Assembly: GCF_003966335.1 (NCBI RefSeq)
Contig: NZ_CP034549.1
Span: 1,050,001 to 1,082,000 of the forward strand
Direction of reading: 5' to 3'
DNA: 32,000 nt
DNA from: Nonlabens ponticola
GTDB taxonomy: Bacteria; Bacteroidota; Bacteroidia; Flavobacteriales; Flavobacteriaceae
A program made the position numbers and the translations under genes. Positions 10,142-18,836 of this stretch are shown here, one piece after another. Every line of letters begins with the position of its first letter. Within the stretch, counting starts at the first letter, position 1. The notes beneath the pieces are model-generated. The model did no database searches. It was given only the letters and a program-made list of their open reading frames with translations, and was not told where the DNA came from.

Positions 10142-10639
10142 ATGAAGGCATTTGGTTTACTGCTCATTTTATCGGCCAATTTACTCACTGCCAGCTCGAT
10201 TGAGATCGACAAAGAGTACGTGAAGAAATACACTGCAAGCGGTCAGCTGATTATGGAAGGCTGGACGGCTCAAGGACAAAAAGATGGCTACTGGAAATTC
10301 TATGACCGCAACGGTAAACTAGAATCCCGAGGTCATTTTTCGCGCAATCTGAAGACTGGATATTGGTATGAGTACAAGCAGGGTAAATTGATCCAAGAAG
10401 GACATTACCGAAATGGTAAAGCTACCAATTGGTGGACTTTCCATAACAAATCTGGATTTCAAAAAGTCAAAATGCAATACCGTCACGGCAAACCACATGG
10501 TTATGCGATGCATTATAAAAGATCGAGACTAAGTATGGTTTCAGAATATAAGGACGGCAAATTATTGGGACAATGGGACAGCGTGCGATCATTTAAAAAA
10601 GATCATCCTGATTTTTCCATGAGTGATTTAAGCCGTTGA
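10142..10639 (+). CDS. MORN-variant (YwqK-like) repeat protein, secreted
   Basis: Signal peptide followed by repeated G-W-x-x-Y-x-x-x-G-x-L-x-x-x-G units (GYWKFYDRNGKLESRGHF, GYWYEYKQGKLIQEGHY, NWWTFHNKSGFQK). Confidence 0.6.
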   Translation: MKAFGLLLILSANLLTASSIEIDKEYVKKYTASGQLIMEGWTAQGQKDGYWKFYDRNGKLESRGHFSRNLKTGYWYEYKQGKLIQEGHYRNGKATNWWTFHNKSGFQKVKMQYRHGKPHGYAMHYKRSRLSMVSEYKDGKLLGQWDSVRSFKKDHPDFSMSDLSR

Positions 10640-10668
10640 GGTTTCTGCTCAGTTCTTCTAGAAGCCCT

Positions 10669-10676
10669 TATTTTTG
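10669..10676 (+). promoter_or_regulatory. -7 box (TAnnTTTG) for the glycosyltransferase operon
   Basis: TATTTTTG, 20 nt before the TTG start at 10696. Confidence 0.45.
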
Positions 10677-10695
10677 CAAACTTTAAACCAACCAC

Positions 10696-11397
10696 TTGAA
10701 TTCCCAACTACTCATTAAAGTCATCATTCCTGCATACAACGAGGCAGATAGCATAGGCCTGGTTATTAAGGATATTCCAAACGTTGTTGATGAGGTTATT
10801 GTGGTTTCAAATAACAGCACAGATACTACCGAAGCTACAGCTACCCAAGCTGGCGCGACAGTACTCAAAGAGAATAGACGTGGTTATGGTTTTGCCTGTT
10901 TGAAAGGCATGGATTATATCAGCCAGCAGGAAAACAAACCAGATATCGTGGTATTTCTTGATGGTGACTACAGTGATTATCCAGAGCAGTTGACTCAGAT
11001 AGTCGCACCAATTATTAATCAAGATATTGACTTTGTCATAGGTGCCAGAGATAAGAAATTAAGAGAAGCTGGTAGCATGACTGGACCACAGGTTTTCGGG
11101 AACTGGCTAGCGACTTCGCTTATGAAAATCATGTTCAACAGTAGGTTTACAGATCTAGGCCCATTCCGCGCGATAAAGTATGAGAAACTACTAGCGCTAG
11201 AGATGGAAGATCAAACCTATGGCTGGACGGTAGAAATGCAACTCAAAGCATTGAAGACAGGCTATTCTTACAAGGAAATCCCAGTCAAGTACCGCAATAG
11301 AATAGGCGTTTCTAAAGTATCAGGAACAGTCAAAGGTGCTATATTTGCAGGTGTTAAAATTTTAACATGGATATTCAAATACGGTCTTAAAAAATGA
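10696..11397 (+). CDS. Family-2 glycosyltransferase, small soluble type (polyprenyl-phosphate sugar synthase / DPM1-GtrB-like)
   Basis: N-terminal VIIPAYNE and a FLDGDYSD acidic motif; about 230 aa with a GT-A layout. The TTG start at 10696 sits 20 nt after a TATTTTTG -7 box and there is no ATG alternative. Confidence 0.75.
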   Translation: MNSQLLIKVIIPAYNEADSIGLVIKDIPNVVDEVIVVSNNSTDTTEATATQAGATVLKENRRGYGFACLKGMDYISQQENKPDIVVFLDGDYSDYPEQLTQIVAPIINQDIDFVIGARDKKLREAGSMTGPQVFGNWLATSLMKIMFNSRFTDLGPFRAIKYEKLLALEMEDQTYGWTVEMQLKALKTGYSYKEIPVKYRNRIGVSKVSGTVKGAIFAGVKILTWIFKYGLKK

Positions 11398-12881
11398 TTC
11401 TCGAGTGGATATGTATCGTTGTGTATTCGGCATCATTGATCATGATTCTGTTTTACTCTTTTTCACAACTGAACTTGTTGATCAACTACCTACAGGCGCA
11501 GAAGAGATGTAAAAAGGCCAAAAAAGAAATTCTTTCTGCACCCGAGGATTTACCAATAGTTACCATCCAACTTCCTGTTTTTAATGAGCTGTATGTGATG
11601 GAGCGATTGCTGGAAAATATTGCCAAAATAGAGTATCCGCGAGAAAAACTAGAGATACAGGTCCTAGATGATTCCACAGATGAATCGCTTGCCATTACGG
11701 CAGCCCATGTTACAGAACTACAGGCAACTGGACTGGATATCAAACACATCACACGCACCGATAGATCTGGATTTAAGGCTGGTGCGCTCAAAGAAGGTCT
11801 CAAGATTGCACGAGGCGAGTTCATCGCCATTTTTGATGCAGACTTCCTACCAGAACCAGACTGGTTGCTTAAAACCATTCATCATTTCGATGATGCAGAA
11901 GTTGGCGTTGTCCAAACCAGATGGGCGCACTTAAATCGCGATTACAGTCTGCTTACCCAAGTACAGGCCTTTGCACTGGATGCGCATTTCACACTAGAGC
12001 AAGTAGGTCGCAATTCCAAAGGCCACTTCATCAACTTCAACGGTACCGCAGGAATCTGGCGCAAGGAAACTATCTATGACGCAGGAAATTGGGAAGGCGA
12101 CACACTTACCGAGGATCTTGACCTAAGCTACCGCGCACAACTCAACAAATGGAAGTTTGTCTATCTAGAAGACGTCACCACGCCAGCTGAGTTACCCATT
12201 GTAATCAGCGCGGCACGTTCACAGCAATTCCGCTGGAATAAAGGTGGTGCAGAGAATTTTCAAAAGATGTTTAAGCGTGTTTTGGGTAGCGATCAGTCGT
12301 TCAAAACAAAGTTTCACGGCATCCTGCATTTGTTGAACAGCACCATGTTTTTGAACGTGTTTATCGTGGCGATTTTGAGCATTCCCATGCTCTACATCAA
12401 GAACGAGTACGAGCACCTCAAGGTGTACTTCATTGTCATGAGTTTCTTTGTGATAAGTACCATCATCTTTTTTGTGTGCTACTGGTTCATGTACCGCAAC
12501 ACCTATGGTGGCGGTTTCAGAAATTTCATCACCTATATAGGTATGTTTTTTACCTTTTTCTCGGTCGCCATGGGCTTTTCCCTGCACAATTCTATTGCGG
12601 TGATTGAAGGCCACATAGGCAAGCGCAGTGAGTTTGTACGCACGCCTAAATTCAATTTGGCAGCTGTTGGTGGCAACTGGAAAGCCAATAAATACCTGCG
12701 AAAAAACATAAGCAGTCACGTGATTATTGAGGGCTTGCTCATGTTGTACTTCATTTTTGGGCTGGTTTCTGCCTTTTTGGTAGGCGATCAAGGCGGCGAT
12801 TTTGGACTGTTCCCATTTCACTTGATGTTGGTCATCGGCTTTGGTTTTGTGTTTTTCCGCAGTATAACTGACAAGTCCTAG
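11394..12881 (+). CDS. Membrane-embedded processive family-2 glycosyltransferase (CslA/BcsA/NodC-like beta-glycan synthase)
   Basis: N-terminal TM helix, then a GT-A domain with DDSTD, FDADF, TLTEDLDLS (TED) and SQQFRWNKG (QxxRW) motifs, then about 5 C-terminal TM helices. It overlaps the upstream gene by ATGA. Confidence 0.8.
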   Translation: MILEWICIVVYSASLIMILFYSFSQLNLLINYLQAQKRCKKAKKEILSAPEDLPIVTIQLPVFNELYVMERLLENIAKIEYPREKLEIQVLDDSTDESLAITAAHVTELQATGLDIKHITRTDRSGFKAGALKEGLKIARGEFIAIFDADFLPEPDWLLKTIHHFDDAEVGVVQTRWAHLNRDYSLLTQVQAFALDAHFTLEQVGRNSKGHFINFNGTAGIWRKETIYDAGNWEGDTLTEDLDLSYRAQLNKWKFVYLEDVTTPAELPIVISAARSQQFRWNKGGAENFQKMFKRVLGSDQSFKTKFHGILHLLNSTMFLNVFIVAILSIPMLYIKNEYEHLKVYFIVMSFFVISTIIFFVCYWFMYRNTYGGGFRNFITYIGMFFTFFSVAMGFSLHNSIAVIEGHIGKRSEFVRTPKFNLAAVGGNWKANKYLRKNISSHVIIEGLLMLYFIFGLVSAFLVGDQGGDFGLFPFHLMLVIGFGFVFFRSITDKS

Positions 12882-12882
12882 C

Positions 12883-14286
12883 ATGAAAGCCAGGCTGCAA
12901 AATGGCTTCGGCATTTTATTGATCCTTAGCTTTTTAGGGTACTCTTTCTTGAGCACGCTTTCGCGAAAGCAGTACTATCCAAGTCTTCTTACTTATATAG
13001 GTTTATTTGCGCTATTTCTAGCATTGTGCTGGATGGCCAAAACTGCTACCGAAAAAAGATGGGAACTATTTTCAGCCTGGTTAGGAAACTTTTTTAAGGC
13101 CAAATCATCCTTTGTGGCATGGCTGCTGGCTGGTGTTGTTTTGCGGTTAGTGCTCTTGTGGGTGACGCCATGGTTGTCGCAAGATTTTTTCAGGTTCATC
13201 TGGGATGGACACCTATCACTTAACGGCTTCAATCCCTATTTGTATTTACCCGACGATTTGATCGTATCAGGCGCAGATTTTATCCCAAATGCCGAGTTCC
13301 TGCACGCGTCCATGGGATCACTATCCAGCGGTCATTTTACTAACTATCCACCATTGAATCAATTTTTCTTTGCAGCAGCAGCCTATCTAGGCGGCGATAG
13401 TTTGCTGCATACGGTGATATGGATGCGCGTATTTATCATTTTGGCAGACGTCGTTACGTTTATCTACGGAATCAAACTCTTGCGATTATTGGGTAAACCA
13501 GACTGGTTGATCTTATTGTACTATTTGAATCCGTTTGTGATCGTAGAATTGACAGGAAACCTGCATTGGGAAGGCGTTATGGCTTGCTTCATGCTGATAG
13601 GTGTTTATCATTTTATATGCTATGATAAGTGGCGCAGCGGACTGTTTTTAGGTTTTGGCGTTTTGGTAAAATTGTTACCGGTGTTGGTTTTTCCTTTAGT
13701 GGTGCGGGCACGGAAATTCAAATGGATCGTACTGTTCTACATCACCGCTGCGGTAACGATCATCGCTGGATTTGCACCACTTGTTTCAGGTGAATTGATT
13801 GAAAAATACGCAGCATCGATTGGTTTGTGGTTTGGGACATTTGAGTTCAATGCGAGTATTTATTACGTCATTAGAGCGATTGGGTATGAGGTAACTGGTT
13901 ATAATATTATTGGTACGGTCGGTAAGATCTTGCCGCTAATTACTATTGCAGTAATAATCTTGTTATCGCTATTGCGTCAAAACAAGTATCCCGAAGTCCT
14001 GTTGACCAGTATTCTACTTGCTTTCACGACATATTTGTTGCTCTCGACCACTGTTCATCCATGGTATTTGACGATTCCGTTACTGTTTTCTTTGTTTACC
14101 CGGTATCGATTTATGGTGGTGTGGAGTTGTCTGGTTTTTGTGAGTTATTCTGCTTATGCAAACGCAGATTATAGTGAGAACTTCTGGTGGATTGGTCTGG
14201 AATATGGTGTGGTCCTTTTTATATGTATTTTAGAGCTGACAGGAAAGAGTATTTTTTCTGCCAGAACAAACCAACTAAACCGCTGA
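12883..14286 (+). CDS. Polytopic membrane protein, putative GT-C-fold (DUF2029/PMT-like) polyprenyl-phosphate-sugar-dependent glycosyltransferase
   Basis: 467 aa and highly hydrophobic, with 10 or more predicted helices. The first-loop motif SQDFFRFIWDGHLSLNGFNPY resembles the acidic loop of GT-C mannosyltransferases. There is a 1-nt gap to the upstream gene. It contains palindrome copy 5. Confidence 0.5.
   Translation: MKARLQNGFGILLILSFLGYSFLSTLSRKQYYPSLLTYIGLFALFLALCWMAKTATEKRWELFSAWLGNFFKAKSSFVAWLLAGVVLRLVLLWVTPWLSQDFFRFIWDGHLSLNGFNPYLYLPDDLIVSGADFIPNAEFLHASMGSLSSGHFTNYPPLNQFFFAAAAYLGGDSLLHTVIWMRVFIILADVVTFIYGIKLLRLLGKPDWLILLYYLNPFVIVELTGNLHWEGVMACFMLIGVYHFICYDKWRSGLFLGFGVLVKLLPVLVFPLVVRARKFKWIVLFYITAAVTIIAGFAPLVSGELIEKYAASIGLWFGTFEFNASIYYVIRAIGYEVTGYNIIGTVGKILPLITIAVIILLSLLRQNKYPEVLLTSILLAFTTYLLLSTTVHPWYLTIPLLFSLFTRYRFMVVWSCLVFVSYSAYANADYSENFWWIGLEYGVVLFICILELTGKSIFSARTNQLNR
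12957..12970. repeat. Iterated palindrome copy 5, GCTTTCGCGAAAGC
   Basis: Exact 14-mer inside the GT-C-like gene, read as CTT-TCG-CGA-AAG (LSRK). Confidence 0.97.
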
Positions 14287-14287
14287 T

Positions 14288-14944
14288 ATGAAGCAAATCA
14301 TCATTTTTCTATTGGTCATTATTCTAGGTTTTATCGCCTATGATTTTTATAAGGATTGGAATCGATTTCATGCGCCTAATTATGAATACCAAAAGCCTGA
14401 AAATATAGATCTACAGTATCACGACGCGAGTGTGGTTTGGGATTATGTGAACGCCATTCAAGACGTGAATACCTATGTCAAACTGCAATACACCGCAAAC
14501 GATATTGACGTGCGCGCACCAGAAGAAGATGATCTAGAAACACAAAACGCCATCGCAGAATATGCCAATAGACTCGCCAAGGTCAAATACTATGAAAATC
14601 TGCTAGTACAATCTGCTGCCTACAAACAGGACGGAATTGATAACGAAACAATCAAAGAAATAGAAGCCGGCCTGACGTCAAGAGAGACTCAAGAACAAGA
14701 GCGAGAACAACAACACTTGCAAGAACTTTATGATGCAGAGATAGCAACGAGTAAAAGTGTAGGTTCTCGCGGTGCATTGATTTATGAAGTCCAAAAAATC
14801 CTAGTCAATAAAGGATATGAAATTCCTGTCGATGGAGTTTTTGCCACAATCACCAGTAAAGCCCTAGCTGATTTTGAGTCAAACAACAATCTATATCCAG
14901 ATGGTAAATTGGATGTTTTGACTTTTGATGCTTTATTGAAGTAG
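14288..14944 (+). CDS. Membrane-anchored protein with a C-terminal peptidoglycan-binding (PG_binding_1-like) domain
   Basis: N-terminal TM helix (IIIFLLVIILGFIAY), an acidic/coiled middle, and a C-terminal GSRGALIYEVQKILVNKGYEIPVDGVF..T..ALADFE..NNLYPDGKLD..T pattern. There is a 1-nt gap to the upstream gene. Confidence 0.5.
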   Translation: MKQIIIFLLVIILGFIAYDFYKDWNRFHAPNYEYQKPENIDLQYHDASVVWDYVNAIQDVNTYVKLQYTANDIDVRAPEEDDLETQNAIAEYANRLAKVKYYENLLVQSAAYKQDGIDNETIKEIEAGLTSRETQEQEREQQHLQELYDAEIATSKSVGSRGALIYEVQKILVNKGYEIPVDGVFATITSKALADFESNNNLYPDGKLDVLTFDALLK

Positions 14945-15035
14945 TTTGTAACCACTTCCAGCGACAGTCGAGAAGCGGTGACTTACATTGTGAATTGAAA
15001 AACTAGATTTATTTCGAATGACATTCATGACTTAT

Positions 15036-15692
15036 TCAATAACAGCCCTCGTTATATTTTTCGATTAATCGCTTGATCTCTTCATCTTCAAAACGTTTCT
15101 TCATTTTAATTTCTTCGATAAGATTAGGGCAATCAGACATCAAGAGATTAGCATTTTTGTTCAGAAAAGATCCTTGATTACCGAATGCATTTACTTCTTG
15201 ACCTTCTAACGTGACATATAAATAATTACCAATTGAGAATTTGTAGCTATCAGGTTGAGGGCTAGGTATATCACCGTAAAATCTACTACGGTATCCTGCT
15301 TCCTTTTTTACAGCTCTTATATCATATCCGTAATACGATAGGTCACCAGCGACAATTTCCAAAGCATAAATCCACTTAGCCTTCTTCTCAGTTCCGATGT
15401 CCAAGGGAACTATGACGAGTCTCTCTTCATTGTACTCTGGTATAGAAAATAGTCCTTTCTTTTCAGGAATCATGATATCAAGTAAAATGTACTCAATATC
15501 TTGAGGATCGATAATCATCTCGGCCTTGGTATCGGTTTGAGTGAGTTTTATAGGCTTATTTCTACCTCTTGGTATTTTGGCAAAACCATACAATTCCTCA
15601 CCAGAATTTAAAACTATTACCAGTTCTGATCTATAGATCTGAGCCGTAGCAGCAGAGCACGCTAAAATGATTAGTAAAAGAAACGATCTCAC
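15036..15692 (-). CDS. Hypothetical secreted protein
   Basis: 218-aa ORF with the signal peptide MRSFLLLIILACSAATAQ and a GTG start. It lies 25 nt downstream of the GNAT/CN-hydrolase gene on the same strand. Confidence 0.45.
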   Translation of the reverse strand: MRSFLLLIILACSAATAQIYRSELVIVLNSGEELYGFAKIPRGRNKPIKLTQTDTKAEMIIDPQDIEYILLDIMIPEKKGLFSIPEYNEERLVIVPLDIGTEKKAKWIYALEIVAGDLSYYGYDIRAVKKEAGYRSRFYGDIPSPQPDSYKFSIGNYLYVTLEGQEVNAFGNQGSFLNKNANLLMSDCPNLIEEIKMKKRFEDEEIKRLIEKYNEGCY

Positions 15693-15717
15693 GTGGCAAA
15701 TGTACTTTGCCTACAAC

Positions 15718-17253
15718 CTATTTCCTAACCACACTATACAAGTCCGTACGGCGGTCCTTGAGGTTTTTTACTGCACCGTGGTTGTGTAGTTTTTTGAGTA
15801 AGTCCAGGTCAACATCTGCCACGAGAATCATCTCTGTGTTGGGTGTCGCTTCTGCTTTGACGCCGTTTGACGGGAATGCAAAATCACATGGTGTAAAAAC
15901 CGCGCTTTGTGCATAGGATATATCCATATTTTCTACCGCCGGCAGATTGCCCACGCTTCCAGCGATCGCCACATAACATTCATTCTCTACCGCTCGAGCT
16001 TGACAGCATAGGCGCACTCGTGCATAAGCGTTTTGAGTATCAGTCAAGAACGGTACAAATAGCATTTGCATGCCATCTTCTGCTAATAATCGGCTTAATT
16101 CTGGGAACTCACTATCATAACATATCAAGATGCCAATTTTACCACAATCGGTATCATAAGTCTGGATCTTACTACCATTGCTCAGACCCCAAACCTTTTG
16201 CTCATCAGGTGTCACGTGAATCTTTTCATACTGCTCAACACGACCATCACGATGGCATAGATTACCCACATTATAAAGCTGTCCATCGATAATCTCTGGC
16301 ATGGAGCCAGTGATGATATTGATATTATACTTGATGGAAAGCTCAGAGAAGCGATCCCGAATCATGCCGGTGTATTTTGCCAGCTCACGTATGGCATCAC
16401 TCACGCTATGATCATTATAGGCCGCCATTAGCGGTGCATTAAAATACTCTGGAAACAAAGCAAAATCAGATCTGTAGGCAGCGAGACTGTCCACAAAATA
16501 TTCTACCTGCTGCATGAGTTCTTCAATGCCTGAATAAGGACGCATCTGCCATTGAATCAAACCAAGTCTAACAGTACTTTTTAAAGCCACCGTGTCAGTG
16601 ACAGGCTGCGTGTAGTAGATGTTATCCCATTCCAATAGGACACCAAATTCCATGGACGCTTTATCGCCATCTAGGTAATTTTTGAGCACTCGAGAAACGT
16701 GAAAATCATTGCTCATCTGGAAGTTGAGCACAGGATCGTTGATCTCTTTCATGCGCACTTTCTCGATGTATTCTTTGGGTGACATCTCGCTAGCATAATT
16801 GTGATAACCAGGAATACGACCGCCAAAAGCGATGCCTCGCAAATTCAAATTCTCACAAAGTTCCTTGCGGTAATCATACAACCTGCGGCCTAGACGCATG
16901 CCACGATACTGCGGCTTGATAAACACTTCTATCCCATAAAGCACGTCGCCATCGTCATCGTGCGTGGTAAACTTATAGTTGCCAGTCACTTGCTCATAAG
17001 TGTACTGACCGCTAAAATCCTCATACTTTACAACAATCGACAGCGCACAGGCCACAATCTCATCATTGACCTTGAGCACCACCTGACCTTCAGGAAATTT
17101 GTCGATCAGGGTTTTGATCTGTTCCTTTTTCCAATAAGAATCAGGCAAGTTGGTATAAGAATCGATCATGGCATGTTTCAACTGGTCATAGTCTGCCAGC
17201 TCTAGAAATTCCAGTGATAGATTCTCGATTTTATCTTGAGATGTAGTGCTCAT
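15718..17253 (-). CDS. Bifunctional GNAT N-acetyltransferase / carbon-nitrogen hydrolase (nitrilase-superfamily amidase) fusion protein
   Basis: The N-terminal half has GNAT motif A (IKPQYRGMRLGRRLY). The C-terminal half has the CN-hydrolase Glu-Lys-Cys triad contexts (ALFPEYF, YEKIHVTP, ILICYDSEFPE). Confidence 0.8.
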   Translation of the reverse strand: MSTTSQDKIENLSLEFLELADYDQLKHAMIDSYTNLPDSYWKKEQIKTLIDKFPEGQVVLKVNDEIVACALSIVVKYEDFSGQYTYEQVTGNYKFTTHDDDGDVLYGIEVFIKPQYRGMRLGRRLYDYRKELCENLNLRGIAFGGRIPGYHNYASEMSPKEYIEKVRMKEINDPVLNFQMSNDFHVSRVLKNYLDGDKASMEFGVLLEWDNIYYTQPVTDTVALKSTVRLGLIQWQMRPYSGIEELMQQVEYFVDSLAAYRSDFALFPEYFNAPLMAAYNDHSVSDAIRELAKYTGMIRDRFSELSIKYNINIITGSMPEIIDGQLYNVGNLCHRDGRVEQYEKIHVTPDEQKVWGLSNGSKIQTYDTDCGKIGILICYDSEFPELSRLLAEDGMQMLFVPFLTDTQNAYARVRLCCQARAVENECYVAIAGSVGNLPAVENMDISYAQSAVFTPCDFAFPSNGVKAEATPNTEMILVADVDLDLLKKLHNHGAVKNLKDRRTDLYSVVRK

Positions 17254-17257
17254 ATTC

Positions 17258-17665
17258 TTAGTTACTGCTCACGCCATTAAAATCTACCGTATGAATACAG
17301 TAATCGGTTCCTTCACTGCAATTAAAACTCAATTTTGTCCATGCGGTACCGCGCTTGCTTTCCAGCGCTATGCCATTGTCGGTGCGTTCTAGATTGAATA
17401 GGAAATCCGGCAGTTGATCCGTTGTATTTACTGGTGCCGTGGCTATTGACATACCGTAGGCGTCAATGGCCTGTGGCTGGAATTTGGCTTTGGTAAATGA
17501 CAATTTTGTCCAGGCACAACCTTCTTCACATTCTAATTCTATAGTATTGTCCTCGACAGATATAATGTTTATCTGGAAATCCTGTGAAACTTGTTTCTTG
17601 CTTTTCTTGGAGCCGCAACTTGCCATCAAGACTGCTGCAAGGACTACTAATATTATCTTTTTCAT
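17258..17665 (-). CDS. Small lipoprotein with an internal two-fold repeat (AWTKLSF motif)
   Basis: Lipobox MKKIILVVLAAVLMASCGS. Two units of about 45 aa each contain G-x-AWTKLSF. There is a 4-nt gap to the downstream GNAT/CN-hydrolase gene. Confidence 0.6.
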   Translation of the reverse strand: MKKIILVVLAAVLMASCGSKKSKKQVSQDFQINIISVEDNTIELECEEGCAWTKLSFTKAKFQPQAIDAYGMSIATAPVNTTDQLPDFLFNLERTDNGIALESKRGTAWTKLSFNCSEGTDYCIHTVDFNGVSSN

Positions 17666-17697
17666 GTTATTTTGTTTTTATGTTTTTTGGATGTTAC

Positions 17698-17711
17698 GCT
17701 TTCGCGAAAGC
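17698..17711. repeat. Iterated palindrome copy 6, GCTTTCGCGAAAGC
   Basis: Exact 14-mer in intergenic DNA, about 110 nt after the DHS-like stop and about 30 nt upstream of the lipoprotein start. Confidence 0.97.
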
Positions 17712-17819
17712 TGAATCCTCATCATCGCTTAAGCAAATCAATAAATCCTTATACCATCAAAATATTTTACTGCAAGTTGGCATCGTCTAATAATACCAAG
17801 TGTAGGAATACTTGAAAAT

Positions 17820-18803
17820 CTACATATCCAGCAGATATGCAAAGATCAAGGGTGCGACTATCGTTGCATCACTCTCTATGATAAATTTAGGAGTGTTGAT
17901 GTCCAGTTTTCCCCAGGTAATTTTCTCGTTGGGCACCGCACCAGAGTAGCTACCATAACTTGTGGTAGAGTCAGAAATCTGGCAGAAGTAGCTCCAGAAA
18001 GGCGTGTCCGTGCGTTCCATATCCTGGTAGAGCATAGGCACCACGCAAATAGGAAAATCGCCAGCAATACCACCACCTATCTGGAAAAATCCAATGCCGT
18101 CCTTGCTATTATCTGTGTACCAGTCTGCCAGAAAGGTCATGTATTCAATACCGCTTTTGACAGTACTGGCCTTGAGCTCGCCCTTAAGAACGTAGCTCGC
18201 AAAAATGTTACCCATGGTGCTGTCTTCCCAACCAGGAACAACAATAGGCAGGTTTGCTTTGGCTGCTGCATACATCCATGAGTTCTCAATTGGGATCTCA
18301 TAGTGTTCTTCCAGCACGCCACTCAATAGTAATTTGTACATGTATTCATGCGGGAAATAGCGCTCACCTTTGGCCTCTGCATCTTTCCAGATTTTCACGA
18401 TGTGTTCTTGCAGTCTCCTAAATGCCTCTTCTTCTGGAATACAGGTATCGGTCACTCGGTTCAATCCTTTTTCAAGTAAATCCCATTCATCTTGAGGTGT
18501 GAGATCGCGATAATTAGGCACACGTTTATAATGTGAGTGAGCCACTAGATTCATAAGATCTTCTTCAAGGTTTGCACCAGTACAGGAAACGATCTGCACC
18601 TTATCGCGGCGTATCATCTCTGCAAAGATTTTTCCAATCTCAGCCGTGCTCATCGCACCAGCTAGGGAAACCAGCATTTTGGATCCTTGGTTAAGTTGGT
18701 CTTCATATCCTTTGGCAGCGTCAACCAGTGCGGCGCTGTTAAAGTGCAGGAAGTATTTTTCTATGAATTCTGTTATGGGTTTACTCATGGTGTGTTTTTG
18801 CAT
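17820..18803 (-). CDS. Deoxyhypusine synthase family protein (probable DHS-like homospermidine synthase)
   Basis: Full-length DHS-family pattern (LAGAMSTAE, SCTGANLEEDL, GGGIAGDF). An alternative start at 18788 (MSKPITEF) is plausible. It is the last gene of the speA-speB operon. Confidence 0.85.
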   Translation of the reverse strand: MQKHTMSKPITEFIEKYFLHFNSAALVDAAKGYEDQLNQGSKMLVSLAGAMSTAEIGKIFAEMIRRDKVQIVSCTGANLEEDLMNLVAHSHYKRVPNYRDLTPQDEWDLLEKGLNRVTDTCIPEEEAFRRLQEHIVKIWKDAEAKGERYFPHEYMYKLLLSGVLEEHYEIPIENSWMYAAAKANLPIVVPGWEDSTMGNIFASYVLKGELKASTVKSGIEYMTFLADWYTDNSKDGIGFFQIGGGIAGDFPICVVPMLYQDMERTDTPFWSYFCQISDSTTSYGSYSGAVPNEKITWGKLDINTPKFIIESDATIVAPLIFAYLLDM

Positions 18804-18836
18804 TTTTGCAAACGTGTTTATATTTTATATGAGAGG

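Noticed and set aside
11934-11943. 10-nt palindrome AATCGCGATT, and several ATCGCGAT / TCGCGA sites that share the CGCG centre with the iterated palindrome
   Set aside because: Ten-nt palindromes are expected about 30 times by chance in 32 kb. These sites lack the CTTTC/GAAAG arms, so they are not decayed copies of the element.
12219-12956. 245-aa ORF on the minus strand, antisense to the C-terminal TM region of the processive GT2 gene
   Set aside because: It lies entirely within a strongly supported plus-strand gene with recognisable GT2 motifs. Its translation is low-complexity, His/Lys/Val-rich shadow sequence with no recognisable domain. The same applies to the other 60-130-aa antisense or alternate-frame ORFs in the track, for example 11486..11878, 11668..11934, 15909..16292 and 4036..4413.
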